Positions 61,787-64,000 of a stretch of 64,000 nt of DNA are shown here, one piece after another. The notes beneath the pieces were generated by a model that had not been told where the DNA came from, searched no databases, and saw only the letters and a program-made list of their open reading frames with translations. Source of the stretch: a virus. Location: the IMG/VR virus record IMGVR_UViG_3300037089_000505, positions 79,948-143,947 of that record; one strand, given 5' to 3'. Both the position numbers and the translations under genes were made by a program. The first letter of the stretch is position 1. Each line of letters opens with the position of its first letter.

Positions 61787-62800
61787 CATAATTGATCTTA
61801 TGCCCAAGTTCATAGTTGAATTAGAATTAGATGGATACACAGATAAAGAAGAAATGACGAAAGCTTGCAAAATCTTTATAGAAGATCAGCTTAACTTTTC
61901 TGCTTCATCCGTTAAGGTTGAACGATTTGAATTAGACCACTGTGCAAAATGCGGGAGAGTAATGGACTTGGTTCTTACTTGTCCATTATGCGGTGAGCAC
62001 ATGCCAGACCTAAAGAAACGAAAAAAACACAAGCAACAAGATACTGCCACTAGTTTTTGTCCGAAGTGCTGTCGTTATTTTACTCCTCAAGGATACAAGA
62101 CACACGCAAAAACTTGTAAAGCAATTCGTCCTAGAACAGCAGCAGAAATCGATGGCATACCCGATTGTTTTGGATAAGAAAATGAAACTTAGAATTGGAA
62201 CTAATAACAATTTTTATTGGGTAGAGCAAAGACGCTGGTATGGTAGCTGGAAGCTTTGTCATGTTTATCCAGGACGTGATCTATTTGAATCAGGCCAACG
62301 TTGGCCTAATATCCGTTTTTACGAAACTTCTAGAAGCAAAGATCATTTTGAGTCTCATGAAGCAGCATTAAAATACTCAGAAGTATGGTGGCTGACTTTT
62401 TCTTTTGCAGCCCAGAAACTTCGAAGAATAGAAAACATGAAAAGGGGCAATAAGATAAGCCGTCTCAATTACGAAACGTTTTCTACACCCTTTTTCAGAA
62501 AACAAATAACTATCGACAATTTGAAGGAGAAAGCAAATGGACATTTTTGAGGCAGCAAAACTTCTTGATCAGCAGATCAATCCAGCTGGTTGCGACAAGA
62601 GATACGTAATTGGCATTGGCGATGGTGAACTCTTCATCTATTACCATGACCATAGATCGGCTTTCTTAAAAGAGACAACTGAGATCGAAGGTATCCCAGT
62701 TCGGCACAAATACGCTGGAAGAATGATGGGATAGATAGATTTGAAGATTTGAACCCCAGACGAAAGATAAATACATTATCTGATATGGGGGTTCAAATCT

Positions 62801-63361
62801 ATGATTTGCGAAAATTGCAGCAAAGATTTCTCTGAAGATTGGCGAATAGGTAAAAAGAGAGGACTATTACGGTTCTGCTCTTCACGATGTGCAAAGCGTC
62901 GAAAACAAACTGATGCGATTAGAGAGGCAAAAAGTAAAGCTAGCAAAGCTGCTTGGAAAAGAGGTGTCTATAAAAATCAATACAATCACACTTTTTCAAA
63001 AGCAGACAGAAAAAAGGGCATTGATACTTGTATAGAAAAAGCTAAAACAAGAAACGCAGAACTATTAGCCACTCATCAATATGAAAAAATGAGCAATGAG
63101 GTTAGAAGACGATTTATCCTCGACGAAGTTAATCATGCCTGTGAGTCATGTCATAATTCAGAGTGGCTTGGAAAACCAATATGGTTAGAAATACATCACA
63201 AGGATGATGATAATACGAACAATAAACGCGACAATCTTTTAGTTCTTTGTCCAAATTGTCATTCAGCAATAGATGAGAAATATAGGTTTAGAGGGCGAAG
63301 TAGAAAAAAGACCGAAAGTAGCTCAGTTTGGCTTAGAGCATCTGCCTTATCGGAAGCATAG
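62801..63361 (+). CDS. HNH homing endonuclease
   Basis: FCS..C, CESC...W...I.LEIHHKD....NN..DNL..LCPNCHS; 3' end runs into tRNA-Ile. Confidence 0.88.
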   Translation: MICENCSKDFSEDWRIGKKRGLLRFCSSRCAKRRKQTDAIREAKSKASKAAWKRGVYKNQYNHTFSKADRKKGIDTCIEKAKTRNAELLATHQYEKMSNEVRRRFILDEVNHACESCHNSEWLGKPIWLEIHHKDDDNTNNKRDNLLVLCPNCHSAIDEKYRFRGRSRKKTESSSVWLRASALSEA

Positions 63362-63414
63362 GTTGAGTGCTTCAGATAAGCAGGGGGTCGGTGGTTCAAA
63401 TCCACCCTTTCGGA
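63312..63414 (+). tRNA. tRNA-Ile (TAT or GAT) with a 27-nt insert in the anticodon loop
   Basis: CCGAAAG/CTTTCGG-A; TCTGC/GCAGG encloses 34 nt: CT TAT...GAT AA. Confidence 0.78.
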
Positions 63415-63417
63415 TAC

Positions 63418-63488
63418 CTTCGAGTGGTTTAACGGTAGAACACTTTTTTCACACGAAAGACGTGGCAGTTCAACTCTGTCCTCGAAGA
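63418..63488 (+). tRNA. tRNA-Val(CAC)
   Basis: CTTCGAG/CTCGAAG-A; CTTTT-TT CAC AC-GAAAG. Confidence 0.85.
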
Positions 63489-63491
63489 AGG

Positions 63492-63562
63492 CCCCAAATA
63501 ATTTAACGGAAGAATATCTGTTCGACATACAGGAGGAAGTAGTTCAACTCTACTTTTGGGGA
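63492..63562 (+). tRNA. tRNA-Val(GAC), C33
   Basis: CCCCAAA/TTTGGGG-A; TCTGT-TC GAC AT-ACAGG; AGTAG-TTCAACT-CTACT. Confidence 0.8.
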
Positions 63563-63626
63563 TATTAGACGGAAGGTTCAACTCCTTCTTCGAAGAAAGA
63601 TTTCGTCCGTCAGTAAAGATAATTCA

Positions 63627-64000
63627 ATGAACGAATTTACTAACGGATTCATTGGTCTATTTGGCCAACTTAAGAAGGACCTCATAACTGAGGCTTTTTC
63701 AAACTTTGAATATGCTCTTCCCGACGACCCTGAAAAAATGCTGTATGACTTCTATTTTCTTACATGGGCCGGCAGTTTAGAAACATCCGATATTAAATTC
63801 AACTACGCCATAAAAGATGCCAAAGACACTATAGTAGAGTCGCTAACTAAGCACATGTTGGCAGCCGTCAAGTTTTCAATGCTTGCTGAAGTTCTCGTTT
63901 ATATGAGTATAGACGTTAAACTCTCATCTGATGCAAAGGCCTTCTTTCAACTTTGGAATGAGAATTGTAGAAAAAATAAAGTTCAGAAAGATGAATCGCC
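63627..64000 (+). CDS. hypothetical protein, runs off the window end
   Basis: AAGATAA-N4-ATG; frame MNEFTNGFIGLFGQLKKDLITEAF... appears open to the end. Confidence 0.6.
   Translation, partial: MNEFTNGFIGLFGQLKKDLITEAFSNFEYALPDDPEKMLYDFYFLTWAGSLETSDIKFNYAIKDAKDTIVESLTKHMLAAVKFSMLAEVLVYMSIDVKLSSDAKAFFQLWNENCRKNKVQKDES

Noticed and set aside
63569-63596. Additional tRNA-Val
   Set aside because: Only a T-arm and 3' acceptor strand (GAAGG-TTCAACT-CCTTC-TTCGAAG-A) remain; treated as a fragment

Overview
This is a fragment of a large (jumbo-type) dsDNA phage genome. It is densely coding, mostly on the + strand, uses the standard genetic code, and contains no clearly recognisable major virion genes or CRISPR array. 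It encodes nucleotide and DNA metabolism (UDG, ATP-dependent DNA ligase, class II RNR NrdJ, ThyA, NT5C, Nudix, PncB) and an RNA-repair set (Thg1-like, RtcB, Rnl1-like, Rnl2-like, PNK-like kinase). It also carries a tmRNA, about 20 tRNA or tRNA-like genes, several free-standing homing-type endonucleases and many small ORFs. Main discovery: two unannotated leader-peptide/antiterminator/terminator units (40530-40640 and 50545-50689) sit at the heads of the two tRNA clusters, and their codons match the tRNAs encoded downstream. This looks like a ribosome-mediated attenuator that would switch on phage tRNAs when the matching host tRNAs run short or are destroyed; the function is inferred, not shown. 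Other notable items: (1) an Rnl1-like RNA ligase fractured by a naturally split intein at its KxDG|S active-site motif, with an endonuclease and a passenger gene between the halves; (2) two tRNAs with 27-28 nt hairpin inserts in the anticodon loop; (3) six tRNAs with C33 instead of U33; (4) several unusual tRNA-like and structured RNAs; (5) two phage promoter motifs (TTCGAN-N7-TANNNT and AAGATAA-N4-ATG); (6) two families of small proteins sharing short motifs. All calls come from reading the sequence by eye; no searches were run.
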